DNA of 64,000 bases, from IMG/VR virus record IMGVR_UViG_3300020182_000007; one strand, given 5' to 3'. This document shows, in pieces, positions 10,268-19,852 of the stretch. This stretch comes from a virus. Under the pieces are notes generated by a model that was given only the letters and a program-made list of their open reading frames with translations, was not told the DNA's origin and made no database searches. Both the position numbers and the translations under genes were made by a program. Numbering within the stretch: position 1 is the first letter of the stretch; the number at the start of each line of letters is the position of its first letter.

Positions 10268-12175
10268 TTATTGAATTTTAGTAACTTTACTTTCATTTAC
10301 TTCTGAAGCAAATTCTTCGTATACAGTACCTTTAACTTCTTCTGCATCTTTAAATGCTTTAGCAGATTGCTTTATTTTCTTAATAAATTCCTCAATAGTT
10401 TTCATATCGGCTGGTTTATAATCATCACCAGCATCGTGCTTACCAACCATATAATCAACTGAGTTTTTCAATTCCCACATTGCATTTAATTGTTTTGGTA
10501 ATCTAAAGAATTTAGCTTCAGTAACTACTGATTCATTTTCTACAGTATCACTAGCCATTCTAGAAAATGCTTCAAAAACAATAGTAACATCCTTTACCTT
10601 TAAATCATCTTTAACTAATTCGCCAATCTTATTGTATAAATCTGTTAATTCATCTTCAGTGTGGTGTTTATAACCTTTCTTTAGGGTAATATTAGTTCCG
10701 GAATGTTTTGCCATAAAATCATCTTTAGCTTCAGTAACTACTGATTCATTTAAGTTTTTCTTTAAGAATGCTGTTAAGTCTTTATGAATTTTTTGTGAAT
10801 CTGATGCCTTTATTACACCGCGTTCTTCTAAAAAATTTAATATCTCATTACTAAGAGTTACCTCTTTAATAGCTTCAGTAACTACTGATTCTTTTAAGTT
10901 TTTAATAGTCTTTATAATAGTCTTAACATCATCATCTATATTACCATAAACTGGTGATACATTCGTTTTACGATTCCATGTTGCCATGTTAACTACTGAA
11001 CCATCATCATTGATATTATATGAACCTCCAGCGTATTCTCCAGTTATTCTAGGATCTACATCGTCTTGATCTTCAATATCTAAATCAAATGAATCTTCTT
11101 CATAATCAGAACTAACAGTATATTTCATACCATCTAATTTCGTAAGAGCATCTGCAAATTTCTGTGCAACTTTTAGAGTTTCCTTTTTAGAAAGACCAGC
11201 AGGTTTAGCTTCATCTAATCCTTGTTCTTTATTTTGTTCTGTAGCATAAGCTTCAGCTTCTTCCTCAGTTTTAAAACATTCTACTCTAACATCTCCTTCC
11301 CAAACAGCCCATGGAGTTCCTTCTTCATCACATGGCTTAACAATATATTTATCGTTCGGGTCATCGGTATGATGTTCGCTAGTTCCTTTAATTTTTTCTA
11401 TTAAAGAATCCCATGATATCTTACCTTCAGCTACTTCTTTAGCTCCATCTTCACCATCAACCAACTCATCTTCAACTTCTTCAGTCTCTTCAGATCTGTC
11501 TTTAGCCTTAACGTATTTTTTACCATCAGCATCTTTAACTTCTGGTGTAGTATCTTCTAGATCGCTTTCTAGCTCTTCAGCTGGAAGGTTAAGATCACCT
11601 TCAGCTACTTCTTTAGCTCCATCTTCACCATCAACTAGATCATCTTCAACTTCTTCAGTCTCTTCAGATCTGTCTTTAGCCTTAACGTATTTTTTACCGT
11701 CAGCGTCAACTACTTCTGGTGTAGTATCTTCTAGATCGCTTTCTAGCTCTTCAGCTGGAAGGTTAAGATCACCTTCAGCTACTTCTTTAGCTCCATCTTC
11801 GCCATCAACCAACTCATCTTCAACTTCTTCAGTCTCTTCAGATCTGTCTTCAGCCTTAACGTATTTTTTACCATCAGCATCTTTAACTTCTGGTGTAGTA
11901 TCTTCTAGATCGCTTTCTAGCTCTTCAGCTGGAAGGTTAAGATCACTTTCGAAAGCGACAGCTGCTGTTGTTAATGCAACCATAGCATTTATTTTACCTG
12001 TTGTAAAAAAAGTAAGTGCTTCATTTAGGGAAAGAGGTGTATTAACACCTTCTAGCATTTTTTCAATCCTGTTAGTGTTCTTAGTCTCTACAAGATTAAG
12101 AGCCTCTTTAATCACATCGGCGCTATACGTCGGCGAAGAATCCTCTTTTCTATTATTAAAATTGATAAAACTCAT
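10268..12175 (-). CDS. Acidic head polyprotein or scaffold-like protein with 3 x 58-aa repeats and ESVVTEA linkers
   Basis: The likely start is MSFINF at 12175, 28 nt downstream of GATATATA; the track start at 12241 overlaps the upstream gene. Confidence 0.65.
   Translation of the reverse strand: MSFINFNNRKEDSSPTYSADVIKEALNLVETKNTNRIEKMLEGVNTPLSLNEALTFFTTGKINAMVALTTAAVAFESDLNLPAEELESDLEDTTPEVKDADGKKYVKAEDRSEETEEVEDELVDGEDGAKEVAEGDLNLPAEELESDLEDTTPEVVDADGKKYVKAKDRSEETEEVEDDLVDGEDGAKEVAEGDLNLPAEELESDLEDTTPEVKDADGKKYVKAKDRSEETEEVEDELVDGEDGAKEVAEGKISWDSLIEKIKGTSEHHTDDPNDKYIVKPCDEEGTPWAVWEGDVRVECFKTEEEAEAYATEQNKEQGLDEAKPAGLSKKETLKVAQKFADALTKLDGMKYTVSSDYEEDSFDLDIEDQDDVDPRITGEYAGGSYNINDDGSVVNMATWNRKTNVSPVYGNIDDDVKTIIKTIKNLKESVVTEAIKEVTLSNEILNFLEERGVIKASDSQKIHKDLTAFLKKNLNESVVTEAKDDFMAKHSGTNITLKKGYKHHTEDELTDLYNKIGELVKDDLKVKDVTIVFEAFSRMASDTVENESVVTEAKFFRLPKQLNAMWELKNSVDYMVGKHDAGDDYKPADMKTIEEFIKKIKQSAKAFKDAEEVKGTVYEEFASEVNESKVTKIQ
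11423..11944. repeat. 3 x 174-bp near-identical tandem repeat
   Basis: Units begin at 11423, 11597 and 11771 and encode DLNLPAEELESDLEDTTPEV...DGEDGAKEVAEG. Confidence 0.95.
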
Positions 12176-12209
12176 TTGTTGTTTGTTTTTTATTATCTTT
12201 ATTATATAT

Positions 12210-12695
12210 CTAGTTAATACCTGTTGTCTTTTTAATTGCATCTATAAATACATCAGCAGGAACTCTATGTCCTCCAGTGTATTTAGAGTACTTAAAGGTA
12301 CCTACTCCTTCAGTTTCTAAGTATTTTTTAACTGCATATCTATCAATAATTTTGTCAGATTTACCAAAATAAACTGAATTTTTTGTTCCTGTTGAACCAA
12401 TAGAGTCATCGGTATTAGGCTCGAATGTTCTACCAACAACTGCTGGATTAAATAAGAGTGTTGGTATTGATAGTTTAGAACCTATTAAATAAGAAATATA
12501 TCCGCCCATTGAAGAACCCACGATGATATCAGGTTTCATTTTACTAATATCATTTAATAATCTACTAAAGGTTGAATTATCCTTGTAATTTATCGAAGGA
12601 GTATATACTTCATCAAAATTATCGTTTAAAAATATTATTTTAGGATCTTTGGGATCAATTGAGGACTCTAGTCCATGTAAATATGCTATCTTCAT
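12210..12695 (-). CDS. Alpha/beta hydrolase (YqiA-like esterase)
   Basis: YLHGLES, GSSMGG nucleophile elbow, LFNPA and GGH. Confidence 0.85.
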   Translation of the reverse strand: MKIAYLHGLESSIDPKDPKIIFLNDNFDEVYTPSINYKDNSTFSRLLNDISKMKPDIIVGSSMGGYISYLIGSKLSIPTLLFNPAVVGRTFEPNTDDSIGSTGTKNSVYFGKSDKIIDRYAVKKYLETEGVGTFKYSKYTGGHRVPADVFIDAIKKTTGIN

Positions 12696-12790
12696 TATCT
12701 GTTATTATTATATAGTATAAATATAAACAATTTAATTGATATAAAAAACTGTTTAGTGATTTAATTTTATAAAGTTGTTAACAATTTACT

Positions 12791-13387
12791 TTATACTTTA
12801 GGTCTTCCTAGTAGTATTTTATCATGTAAAGAACCTCCAAGCTTTCTTGAATACCAGCCAGCACCTGAAGTTCCATCATCTTTTTTACCAATCCATTTAA
12901 CTTTCTTACCCAATACACTTTCAACTACTTCATGTTCTGAAACAACAGGTACGTCATATGAGTCCATTAAGATGTCTGCTAGTTTACCTGAAACTTCAAT
13001 ATAATATCCCAGATTATTTAATTCCTTTCCACGTTCTCCTATGTATTTTCTTTTAGCATCTCGCGTTCCATCATGCCCAACTCCTGAGTATTTAATACCG
13101 AATCTTGTTTTCTTACCAAACATTATAATATCGAAGTCATTATCACCATGTATATCGATGCCCTCCCAGTAATTCCATTCTGGATCAGCGAATACATCTT
13201 CTGGCGATTTAATTTTAGCATGGCCTCCAATTACAGAGTACGCTGTAGATATTAAATCAAAAAATTCACCCGCTAATTCTGGATGTTTCTTATGATCAAA
13301 CTTGACTTTCTTATTACGCTTTGGATTAAATATATCTCCGCTAGATTCTTCACTAATGAAATCTTCAAATAATTTTACTTTTTTCAT
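12791..13387 (-). CDS. Protein with capsid-targeting-like leader
   Basis: MKKVKLFEDFISEE. Confidence 0.7.
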   Translation of the reverse strand: MKKVKLFEDFISEESSGDIFNPKRNKKVKFDHKKHPELAGEFFDLISTAYSVIGGHAKIKSPEDVFADPEWNYWEGIDIHGDNDFDIIMFGKKTRFGIKYSGVGHDGTRDAKRKYIGERGKELNNLGYYIEVSGKLADILMDSYDVPVVSEHEVVESVLGKKVKWIGKKDDGTSGAGWYSRKLGGSLHDKILLGRPKV

Positions 13388-13411
13388 TTTAATTTATTTC
13401 TATTTATTTAT

Positions 13412-13443
13412 AAAAAAAGGGTACCCCATTTGGGATACCCTAA
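13412..13443 (-). terminator. Rho-independent terminator
   Basis: Minus strand AGGGTATCCC-AAAT-GGGGTACCCT followed by a T run. Confidence 0.8.
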
Positions 13444-13451
13444 TACCGCGG

Positions 13452-13637
13452 TTAAGCTGGACCACCTACTCCGAAATACCAATGTGCATCTTCGCCTGTT
13501 GTGTCTAGAAGTTCTTCTAGATTTACGATGTATTGTGCTTTCTTCTCGTAAACTTTCGTTTCTTCTATTCCAATAGGCTCCGTCGCAATTTGCTTTTCTT
13601 CGATTGTGATTTTGCCTTCTGAAATAGGTTCTTTCAT
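13452..13637 (-). CDS. Small hypothetical protein
   Basis: 61-aa ORF followed by a terminator. Confidence 0.5.
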   Translation of the reverse strand: MKEPISEGKITIEEKQIATEPIGIEETKVYEKKAQYIVNLEELLDTTGEDAHWYFGVGGPA

Positions 13638-13704
13638 TGTTTTTAGTTAGCTTTTTTTGAGGTTATGCGTGAACGTACATGATTTCACATACTATATATC
13701 TAAT

Positions 13705-14025
13705 TTAACTAACGTTACCCTGTTTATTTGATAAACTCAGTGTCTTCTTTGTTTTTGGTTTTTTATAAAGAGTTCTTATTTTATCTCCGTTGTCATCTAG
13801 TTCATCGATTAAATCCCATTCGACGCTGTGCATCTTTTCAATCTTTTTAGCCTCTTTTTTTGCATCTGAGAGCAATCCTGCACGGATTAGATATGTCTCA
13901 CTTGATGTACTTATGAATTTATAAGTCTTATGTCCAGGTACTGTGTTTTTTGACATGTTAGACATAGAAGACACTACTAAAATAACAGCAATCGAAGACA
14001 TTATAAGTATTAATACTGCTTCCAT
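13705..14025 (-). CDS. Hypothetical membrane-anchored protein
   Basis: N-terminal hydrophobic helix. Confidence 0.55.
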   Translation of the reverse strand: MEAVLILIMSSIAVILVVSSMSNMSKNTVPGHKTYKFISTSSETYLIRAGLLSDAKKEAKKIEKMHSVEWDLIDELDDNGDKIRTLYKKPKTKKTLSLSNKQGNVS

Positions 14026-14028
14026 TTT

Positions 14029-14238
14029 TTATTCTTTAGAATTATTGTTTGAGCCTTTAAAGAGAATTGAAGACAATACATTAATTCCCAGCGCTTGCCA
14101 GAATCCAATTGGGTTAACTCCATTTACAGCATTCAGTAGAAAATTGTTCCATAACCACTGTGTTGGTAATGCCATTATTAGAGATATTGCAGATAGTGCT
14201 ATTATTGCTAGCAAGAATTTTTTAAATATACTTTCCAT
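14029..14238 (-). CDS. Small membrane protein
   Basis: Two hydrophobic segments with a WLWN...IGFWQA pattern. Confidence 0.6.
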   Translation of the reverse strand: MESIFKKFLLAIIALSAISLIMALPTQWLWNNFLLNAVNGVNPIGFWQALGINVLSSILFKGSNNNSKE

Positions 14239-14278
14239 AATTTATATTGTTTGTATTATAGAACTTATATTTACGTTT

Positions 14279-14446
14279 TTATTTTTGTTTCAATAAAAAT
14301 TCGATGATTCGGGCATGTGAAGAGTATACTGCAATATGTTGGCTATTTAGTTTGCCTCCTTCTTTAATAGTGTTTACCATAGATATAAAGAAATGATATG
14401 GTACTTCTCCAACATCTACATAATGTTTCCATTCCTCTGAATTCAT
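14279..14446 (-). CDS. Small hypothetical protein (55 aa, not in track)
   Basis: Hand translation MNSEEWKHYVDVGEVPYHFF...LLKQK fills the gap between neighbours. Confidence 0.5.
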   Translation of the reverse strand: MNSEEWKHYVDVGEVPYHFFISMVNTIKEGGKLNSQHIAVYSSHARIIEFLLKQK

Positions 14447-14447
14447 G

Positions 14448-16055
14448 CTACTTCATTGATATGCCTAGACCCTTTGTAATCCAAGAATCTACTCCATTTA
14501 ATCCTTTAATTTCAAATTCAGATGTTTTCATAGATTTCATTGTGAATATTAAAGATCCTTTTTTAATGTTCATATCTAGATATAATTGTTTAGCTGAAAA
14601 TGCCATGTTAATTAATCCAGACATAGTTTCACCAAATTCTTTGTTTAATAATGGAACTAACTCTTTAGTTGATCCATAAATTACCGTACCTACTAACACA
14701 TCGTATATTGGAGCTTTATCTATTTTTAATATCTCATCTAATACTTTAACAGCTTCTTCTTCGTTTTTAGTAGACAAAAACTTTGCAGTCATTTTTGCTC
14801 CTGCTGATGATTTTTCTCCAGAGTTACCTTTTAAACCTCCAACCATTTTAGAAAAAGAGTTTAAAGTTGCGTGGAGTTTTTTATCCTTTTTTAATTGAAC
14901 AAACGAATGAATAATATCGTCCCTTCCGATATTTTGAGTTGGCATTCCACTTTGTGAAGCCCAATAGTTCCAAGATTTTATCTTAAAATTATTTAATAGA
15001 GTTACAGTACTACTAAACGTACCTGAACCTCTAGTTCTTTTACAATATCTTGTATTACTAGCTTCGCTCTGTTTAGCTAAAATAACTTTGCTAAAGTTTT
15101 CAATGAAGTTAGCCTCTTTTTTATTAAGCTTCCAGTCTTTCATTTCTATAGCGTCATTCAGTTTATTCAAGTAACCTGACGCTGAGGGAGTTGCTCCTTT
15201 TTTACCAGCCTTTGAAGAAACATCCATTTTATCAAATCTAAAATCGACAACAGCTTCATTAGATGCTTCAGGAAATAACAGACCAGCTCCATGTTTATCA
15301 GTTAGATTAAACATTAATATACCTCCTAGGACTTCTCCAAAATCTTTAGCAATATTTAATACTGATACTCTATCAATAATATCTGTATATTTTGAGAAAT
15401 CATGTGTAATTGTATAAGAAGTGTTTTTGTTTGCTAAATCCTTAGCCTCTTTGACAGTTGTTGTTTTGAAATTATTAACAACATCAATTAATTCATTCAT
15501 GAATGCAACGCAATCCTGATCATTAATTTTAGCCTTTATAGATTGTTTAGTAGCATCTATTGCCTGTAATTTCGTCGGATATTGAATATCGGTAATTTCA
15601 AGTTTATTCGGAGTTGTATCTTTATCGCCGATAGCGGCTACAGTGTCTCCCGAAGTTGTTGATGAAGTTTTTCTTGCGTTAATTATATAGTAAGTTTCTC
15701 CAGATTCTAGGGTTTTTCCAAACCAATTACAATTAGTGTTCATTGTAATTTCCCAAGAATCGAAACTACCAGAAGCATTTGAAGTTTTAAGATATCCACC
15801 ATAATATTCGGCTTTAACTCCGTTTAGTTCTAAGAATTTCTCAATTTCTTCCTCAGGATTATCACCTATAAAATAAGCTCTCATGATTTCTCCAGTTCCG
15901 CTTGGATTAATCCATCTTCCTCCTTTACCTTCAGGATATAGATTAAAATAAGCTTTTTTCATTGTTTCTTTCCAAACCACTTTTTTAGCCTCATTGATGG
16001 CTTTCTTATCCATTGCCATTTCAAATCTAGTTCTGATGTCGTTAAATGTACTCAT
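14448..16055 (-). CDS. Large hypothetical protein, possible PD-(D/E)xK-like nuclease core
   Basis: DFGE...VVDF...VSSKAG pattern and an N-terminal KAINEA motif; the assignment is weak. Confidence 0.35.
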   Translation of the reverse strand: MSTFNDIRTRFEMAMDKKAINEAKKVVWKETMKKAYFNLYPEGKGGRWINPSGTGEIMRAYFIGDNPEEEIEKFLELNGVKAEYYGGYLKTSNASGSFDSWEITMNTNCNWFGKTLESGETYYIINARKTSSTTSGDTVAAIGDKDTTPNKLEITDIQYPTKLQAIDATKQSIKAKINDQDCVAFMNELIDVVNNFKTTTVKEAKDLANKNTSYTITHDFSKYTDIIDRVSVLNIAKDFGEVLGGILMFNLTDKHGAGLLFPEASNEAVVDFRFDKMDVSSKAGKKGATPSASGYLNKLNDAIEMKDWKLNKKEANFIENFSKVILAKQSEASNTRYCKRTRGSGTFSSTVTLLNNFKIKSWNYWASQSGMPTQNIGRDDIIHSFVQLKKDKKLHATLNSFSKMVGGLKGNSGEKSSAGAKMTAKFLSTKNEEEAVKVLDEILKIDKAPIYDVLVGTVIYGSTKELVPLLNKEFGETMSGLINMAFSAKQLYLDMNIKKGSLIFTMKSMKTSEFEIKGLNGVDSWITKGLGISMK

Positions 16056-16059
16056 GTTC

Positions 16060-16623
16060 TTACTTTTTAGCTAGATGGGTCTTCAGATTAACTCCTAATT
16101 CCTTCTCTAGTTGTTTTATTAATTTTATGTTGTTTTTATCATCATCGAAGAAAGTGATATCAGTGTATCCCTGTTCAATGAACCATTTCATTGCATCTTG
16201 TTTTCTTTCTTGTATATTTCCCTTTAGGCCATGTACTGGGTCGTTAACTGCCCAAATTAATTTCTTATCAATATGAAATCCTACATGATACCTTAGCCAT
16301 TCATAAATCATATTTTGATCATCACGTGCTGTTATTACTCCGATAGCAATTCCTTTATTATAATTCTTTTTAAGAATACTAAAATACTTGTCGATTAACT
16401 TTCCAGCCTTCATAATCTCTAAAGATTTGAATTGGTCAAAATTAATTATATGCTTTGGATTTTTCTCATAATCATTAAATTCTTCTGGAGTTAGTGAGAA
16501 AGTTTTACCGGTTTTAGAGTCGGTTACTATGATTTTTGCGCTTCCGATAAAAATAGTGTCATCGATGTCGAAAATTAAGATTTTATCAGTTGTGTATTTT
16601 TCTTTTAGCATGCTCGTAATCAA
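16060..16623 (-). CDS. HAD-superfamily phosphatase
   Basis: FDIDDT motif I, ITAR motif II and FFDD motif IV. Confidence 0.85.
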   Translation of the reverse strand: MITSMLKEKYTTDKILIFDIDDTIFIGSAKIIVTDSKTGKTFSLTPEEFNDYEKNPKHIINFDQFKSLEIMKAGKLIDKYFSILKKNYNKGIAIGVITARDDQNMIYEWLRYHVGFHIDKKLIWAVNDPVHGLKGNIQERKQDAMKWFIEQGYTDITFFDDDKNNIKLIKQLEKELGVNLKTHLAKK

Positions 16624-16653
16624 TATTTTTTACTATTTATTATATATCGAATT

Positions 16654-17457
16654 CTATAATTGTTTATGTTTACATTTTTCAAAGTGATATCTGGTCATTA
16701 ATGTTGCTCCTCCAACTTTACCACAGTGTGGACATGTTACTTTTACCTGAGTACGTCCATGCATACCCTTACTTATGTTGAGTTTATGTTCTTCAGATAA
16801 TTTAACTCCTTTCTTCAAGGCTGATGTTTTAGGCCTCTTTTTACCTTTATTGGCATTAGATATATTCTTAGATGTCTGTGCCTTTAACTTATCTCTCGTA
16901 CCAAATAGCTCAAAGTTCGAGAATAATATCCAACCCTTATATATGTTATAAGATCCTCGTACAACATAACCAAACATCGAAGCTCCAGTACCCCCAACCC
17001 TTTGATTCATCTCATGTTGAGTCGCCTTCCGATATTCTCTAGTATCTATATTGTAGAATTCATATATTGTTTGATTAGCACGTGGATTTTTAAGACCACC
17101 TAATGAGCCCTCTTTAGTTTGTCTATATTCTTTCATAAACTTAGAGTTCTTTACATAGGCTTCATCAGAGATATACCCGCCATTAGCGTTTCGACATACA
17201 TTATATGCAATTGGATCCTGATCTAATTTATAGAGTGATAGAAATCTACCTTCGAATTCGAAAGCATCCTCTCTTGTATTGAATAGCCTTAGAATCTTTC
17301 CTTCGAATGATTCTTTACCATATTTTTTATAAGCTCTTTTGAGTACTTTACCAGAACCTTCATATCCATCAGATATGCCTGAACCATAATAATAGCGTCC
17401 ATTTGCTTTGTTGGTAATTACGTAAAAATAGGGTTGGTTTGTTGGGTTATTGATCAT
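16654..17457 (-). CDS. Free-standing GIY-YIG (Seg-like) homing endonuclease
   Basis: YFYVITNKANGRYYYG...E...YN, NUMOD3-like KLSEEHKLNISKG and a C-terminal CPHC. Confidence 0.85.
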   Translation of the reverse strand: MINNPTNQPYFYVITNKANGRYYYGSGISDGYEGSGKVLKRAYKKYGKESFEGKILRLFNTREDAFEFEGRFLSLYKLDQDPIAYNVCRNANGGYISDEAYVKNSKFMKEYRQTKEGSLGGLKNPRANQTIYEFYNIDTREYRKATQHEMNQRVGGTGASMFGYVVRGSYNIYKGWILFSNFELFGTRDKLKAQTSKNISNANKGKKRPKTSALKKGVKLSEEHKLNISKGMHGRTQVKVTCPHCGKVGGATLMTRYHFEKCKHKQL

Positions 17458-17593
17458 TGTATTTAAGATATATTTGTGGTTATAGTATATATCTTAAAAA
17501 ATCTCCACGCTTTCCAAAGAAAGTTCACCACAAACATATCTTAAATAGGAAAGACGTGAAGATTAGGATTTATATATCGAATTCTATATTTGT

Positions 17594-17875
17594 TTACTTA
17601 CCGAAATATTCCCAAAGAACGGCGTTGCATTTTGCATGTACTACACCTTCGGTCATATTAGTGTCGTGATCATGCTGTAGATGAATAGGATTCTTTAAGA
17701 AACCTGGTGGGAATAATCTATAATTGATCTTAGCTTCCATTATATCTTGTCTAGGTGATCCACTTAATGATTCACCACATGCCCAACATTTATTATCTTG
17801 TTCTTTAATATACAATTCTCTAACTAGCTTTTTCTGCTTAGCATTTAGTTTTGTATAATCGGTTGGTAAATTCAT
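17594..17875 (-). CDS. Endonuclease VII-like His-Me finger protein
   Basis: CWACG...HLQHDHDTNMTEGVVHAKCN. Confidence 0.8.
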   Translation of the reverse strand: MNLPTDYTKLNAKQKKLVRELYIKEQDNKCWACGESLSGSPRQDIMEAKINYRLFPPGFLKNPIHLQHDHDTNMTEGVVHAKCNAVLWEYFGK

Positions 17876-18369
17876 ACTTTGTATTCTTTTAATTGATCCT
17901 CAGTTGGTGCCCATATCATTTCTCCTTCATCAGCTAGACCACTTGCATATATAATTGTTTCTCCTTTAGGAATCTTATAGGCTCTTTCGACTGAATTATC
18001 AACATGTCAATTCAAATAGGCTCCCTTGTCTACTGTATATGAATTTAAACCAGGCAATTCCTTTTCTGAAGTTCTATATACTATTAAGTCCTCTTTCAAA
18101 GGGGACTTCTCTGCAATTTCTTTATAGAACTGAGTAAGGGTCGTCTTATTCCAAAGAGGAACTCCACTTCTAGAACCACCATCAACTAACCAATCAAGTA
18201 TCTCCTCCCATTCATCTCCATTTTCTGGAACACTATCGAGTTCTTCCATATCTAACATTACCTGTTCTCTAGATTGAGTCGCACCCTCTAATGGTAGATC
18301 ATGATACCCTAAATAAAGAGTGTCTCCCCATGCTTTAATAAATCCCCTGTCGCTACTTGAATATCTCAT
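17872..18369 (-). pseudogene. ADP-ribosyltransferase-like ORF interrupted by an in-frame TGA at 18007-18009
   Basis: LIVYRT (catalytic R) and NSYT lie before the TGA; the frame continues HVDNSVERAYKIPKGETIIYASGLADEGEMIW (ExE) to a TGA overlapping the next ATG. Confidence 0.6.
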
Positions 18370-18370
18370 A

Positions 18371-18592
18371 TTAACAACCAATCTCCATTTGGTATTGAGC
18401 CTCATGGTGTTCATGCTCTGAATAGAGTCTAAGATTTAAATAATCTCCGTACTTAGAATAATCTCCAATATATGAAGTATCAATTCTAACCTCATCAGTG
18501 TGAGCGAAACAAAAGTCGTACTCCTCTTTTGTAAGGTACTCCTTCGTGTTCATAATGTTTTCTGCAATTTCTCTATTTAATTCGTGGTTCAT
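18371..18592 (-). CDS. Hypothetical protein
   Basis: 73-aa ORF downstream of a diverged promoter-repeat element. Confidence 0.55.
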   Translation of the reverse strand: MNHELNREIAENIMNTKEYLTKEEYDFCFAHTDEVRIDTSYIGDYSKYGDYLNLRLYSEHEHHEAQYQMEIGC

Positions 18593-18708
18593 GGTGTATG
18601 TTTTAATTTGTTATAAGTAAATATAATCATTTTTTATGAATCGGAAAAACTTTTATTGAAGTATTTTACAGAAAGTTGTATTCTGTTTGCCACTTGGGAT
18701 TTTTATCA

Positions 18709-18924
18709 TCATATCTCTTTTTTTAATTGTTTAAGCGTTTTAATTACTTCTTTATACTCACATACCAAATCCATTTGTTTAGCCGTTAAAGCTACTCCTA
18801 AATCGCTGTGAGCTGTTAATTCTTTTGCTCCTTGCCGTTCTAATTCTTCTTTCACTATCATCCCTTCTGCAATGATAAGTGGAATATTTTGTTTTAGCAT
18901 TTCTTCAGTGTTAATTTTATTCAT
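18709..18924 (-). CDS. Hypothetical protein
   Basis: 71-aa ORF downstream of a diverged promoter-repeat element. Confidence 0.55.
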   Translation of the reverse strand: MNKINTEEMLKQNIPLIIAEGMIVKEELERQGAKELTAHSDLGVALTAKQMDLVCEYKEVIKTLKQLKKEI

Positions 18925-19022
18925 GTTTGATTTGTTTTAGTTACAGTACTAATATAAACAAAAAAAGCCAAACAAAAAAATGTTTGGCCAATTATTTTCA
19001 AAAAAGTTATTAACAATTTCAC

Positions 19023-19050
19023 ATAAAAAAACCTGAACTAGCGTCCAGGT
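19023..19050 (-). terminator. Rho-independent terminator
   Basis: Minus strand AACCTGGAC-GCTA-GTTCAGGTT followed by a T run. Confidence 0.8.
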
Positions 19051-19079
19051 TATAATATTAGTTAATTTTGATAGTTATT

Positions 19080-19376
19080 TTACAATTTTTGTAATTCTTT
19101 TTCTAGATTAAGCCTCCAGACCATATTATTTGGTACTACAAACTTACGTTTATGTCCATATACATAAAAAGTGGTCTTCCAAATACTTTGTCGAACAATT
19201 CTTGCTTTTTTATTACCATTAATATAGACTAAATCATCAATATTAAAGTCGCTTCCCCATAAAAATTGAATTCCTATAAATATATTAGCAACAGTATCTT
19301 TAAATGCAAAAGTAAGAATGGCTAGTATCGTTAGCCATCCCCATTCTCCTATATACGTTGATATAATTTCTTTCAT
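19080..19376 (-). CDS. Minimal MscS-like mechanosensitive channel domain protein
   Basis: TM helix followed by TVANIFIG...FNIDDLVYING...FVVPN. Confidence 0.65.
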   Translation of the reverse strand: MKEIISTYIGEWGWLTILAILTFAFKDTVANIFIGIQFLWGSDFNIDDLVYINGNKKARIVRQSIWKTTFYVYGHKRKFVVPNNMVWRLNLEKELQKL

Positions 19377-19852
19377 TTTAATAGTCCTAATTTTTGTAAA
19401 TTGTCTATTACTGTTACCTGACTCTTCATTATTAAGCTCTTTGCTGACTTTAAATCTAAAAATCTAGCATCGTTAATTTCTTCTAACTGTAGTCTTGAAT
19501 TTGGTACTTTAAGTTCTTTAAGTCCTATTTCTGATAGATCATTAATTTTAACAATAAAATAATGTACTAGTTTTCTGCCCCACTGAGAGTTAACCTCAAA
19601 CTGATATGAATTAGAAGTAATCATTTTTTTTGATACATTTACTCCTACTTCCTCTTTAACTTCTCTAATCGCTGCTTCAATGTTAGTTTCTCCAGTCTCA
19701 ATTCCACCTTTTGGAATACCGTAACCTGTTTTAAAGTTTCTGCCTGTAGTATGTCCTAACAATACCTTTCCATCAAAGATAATTGCTAGACCAGCTGAAG
19801 TTTTTACTATACCTTCATTAGTAAACTGATCTAATGTCTTTAATTTTTTCAT
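19373..19852 (-). CDS. NUDIX hydrolase with capsid-targeting-like leader
   Basis: Nudix box GGIETGETNIEAAIREVKEEVG; leader MKKLKTLDQFTNEG. Confidence 0.9.
   Translation of the reverse strand: MKKLKTLDQFTNEGIVKTSAGLAIIFDGKVLLGHTTGRNFKTGYGIPKGGIETGETNIEAAIREVKEEVGVNVSKKMITSNSYQFEVNSQWGRKLVHYFIVKINDLSEIGLKELKVPNSRLQLEEINDARFLDLKSAKSLIMKSQVTVIDNLQKLGLLK

Larger units (their letters stand above)
5407..10891. repeat. Dispersed 21-bp repeat family a[g/c]cttcagtaactactgattc (encodes ESVVTE[A/G])
   Basis: Copies at about 5407, 5561 (degenerate), 6022, 6265, 6493, 6751, 9737, 10514, 10727 and 10871, each in frame within its ORF. Confidence 0.9.

Noticed and set aside
5407-10891. 21-bp ESVVTEA repeats as a CRISPR array
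   Set aside because: Spacing is 140-460 bp and variable, the repeats are in frame inside ORFs, and no cas operon is nearby; the Cas4-like exonuclease at 28.5 kb is a common stand-alone phage gene.
1889-11944. Diversity-generating retroelement
   Set aside because: There is no reverse transcriptase and no TR/VR pair with adenine-specific mismatches; the repeats are simple tandem or linker repeats.
12176-12241. Track N-terminal extensions of several ORFs (10268-12241, 18007-18414, 46358-46834, 55371-56147, 30653-31246)
   Set aside because: They overlap upstream genes; downstream ATGs fit the leader and promoter positions better.
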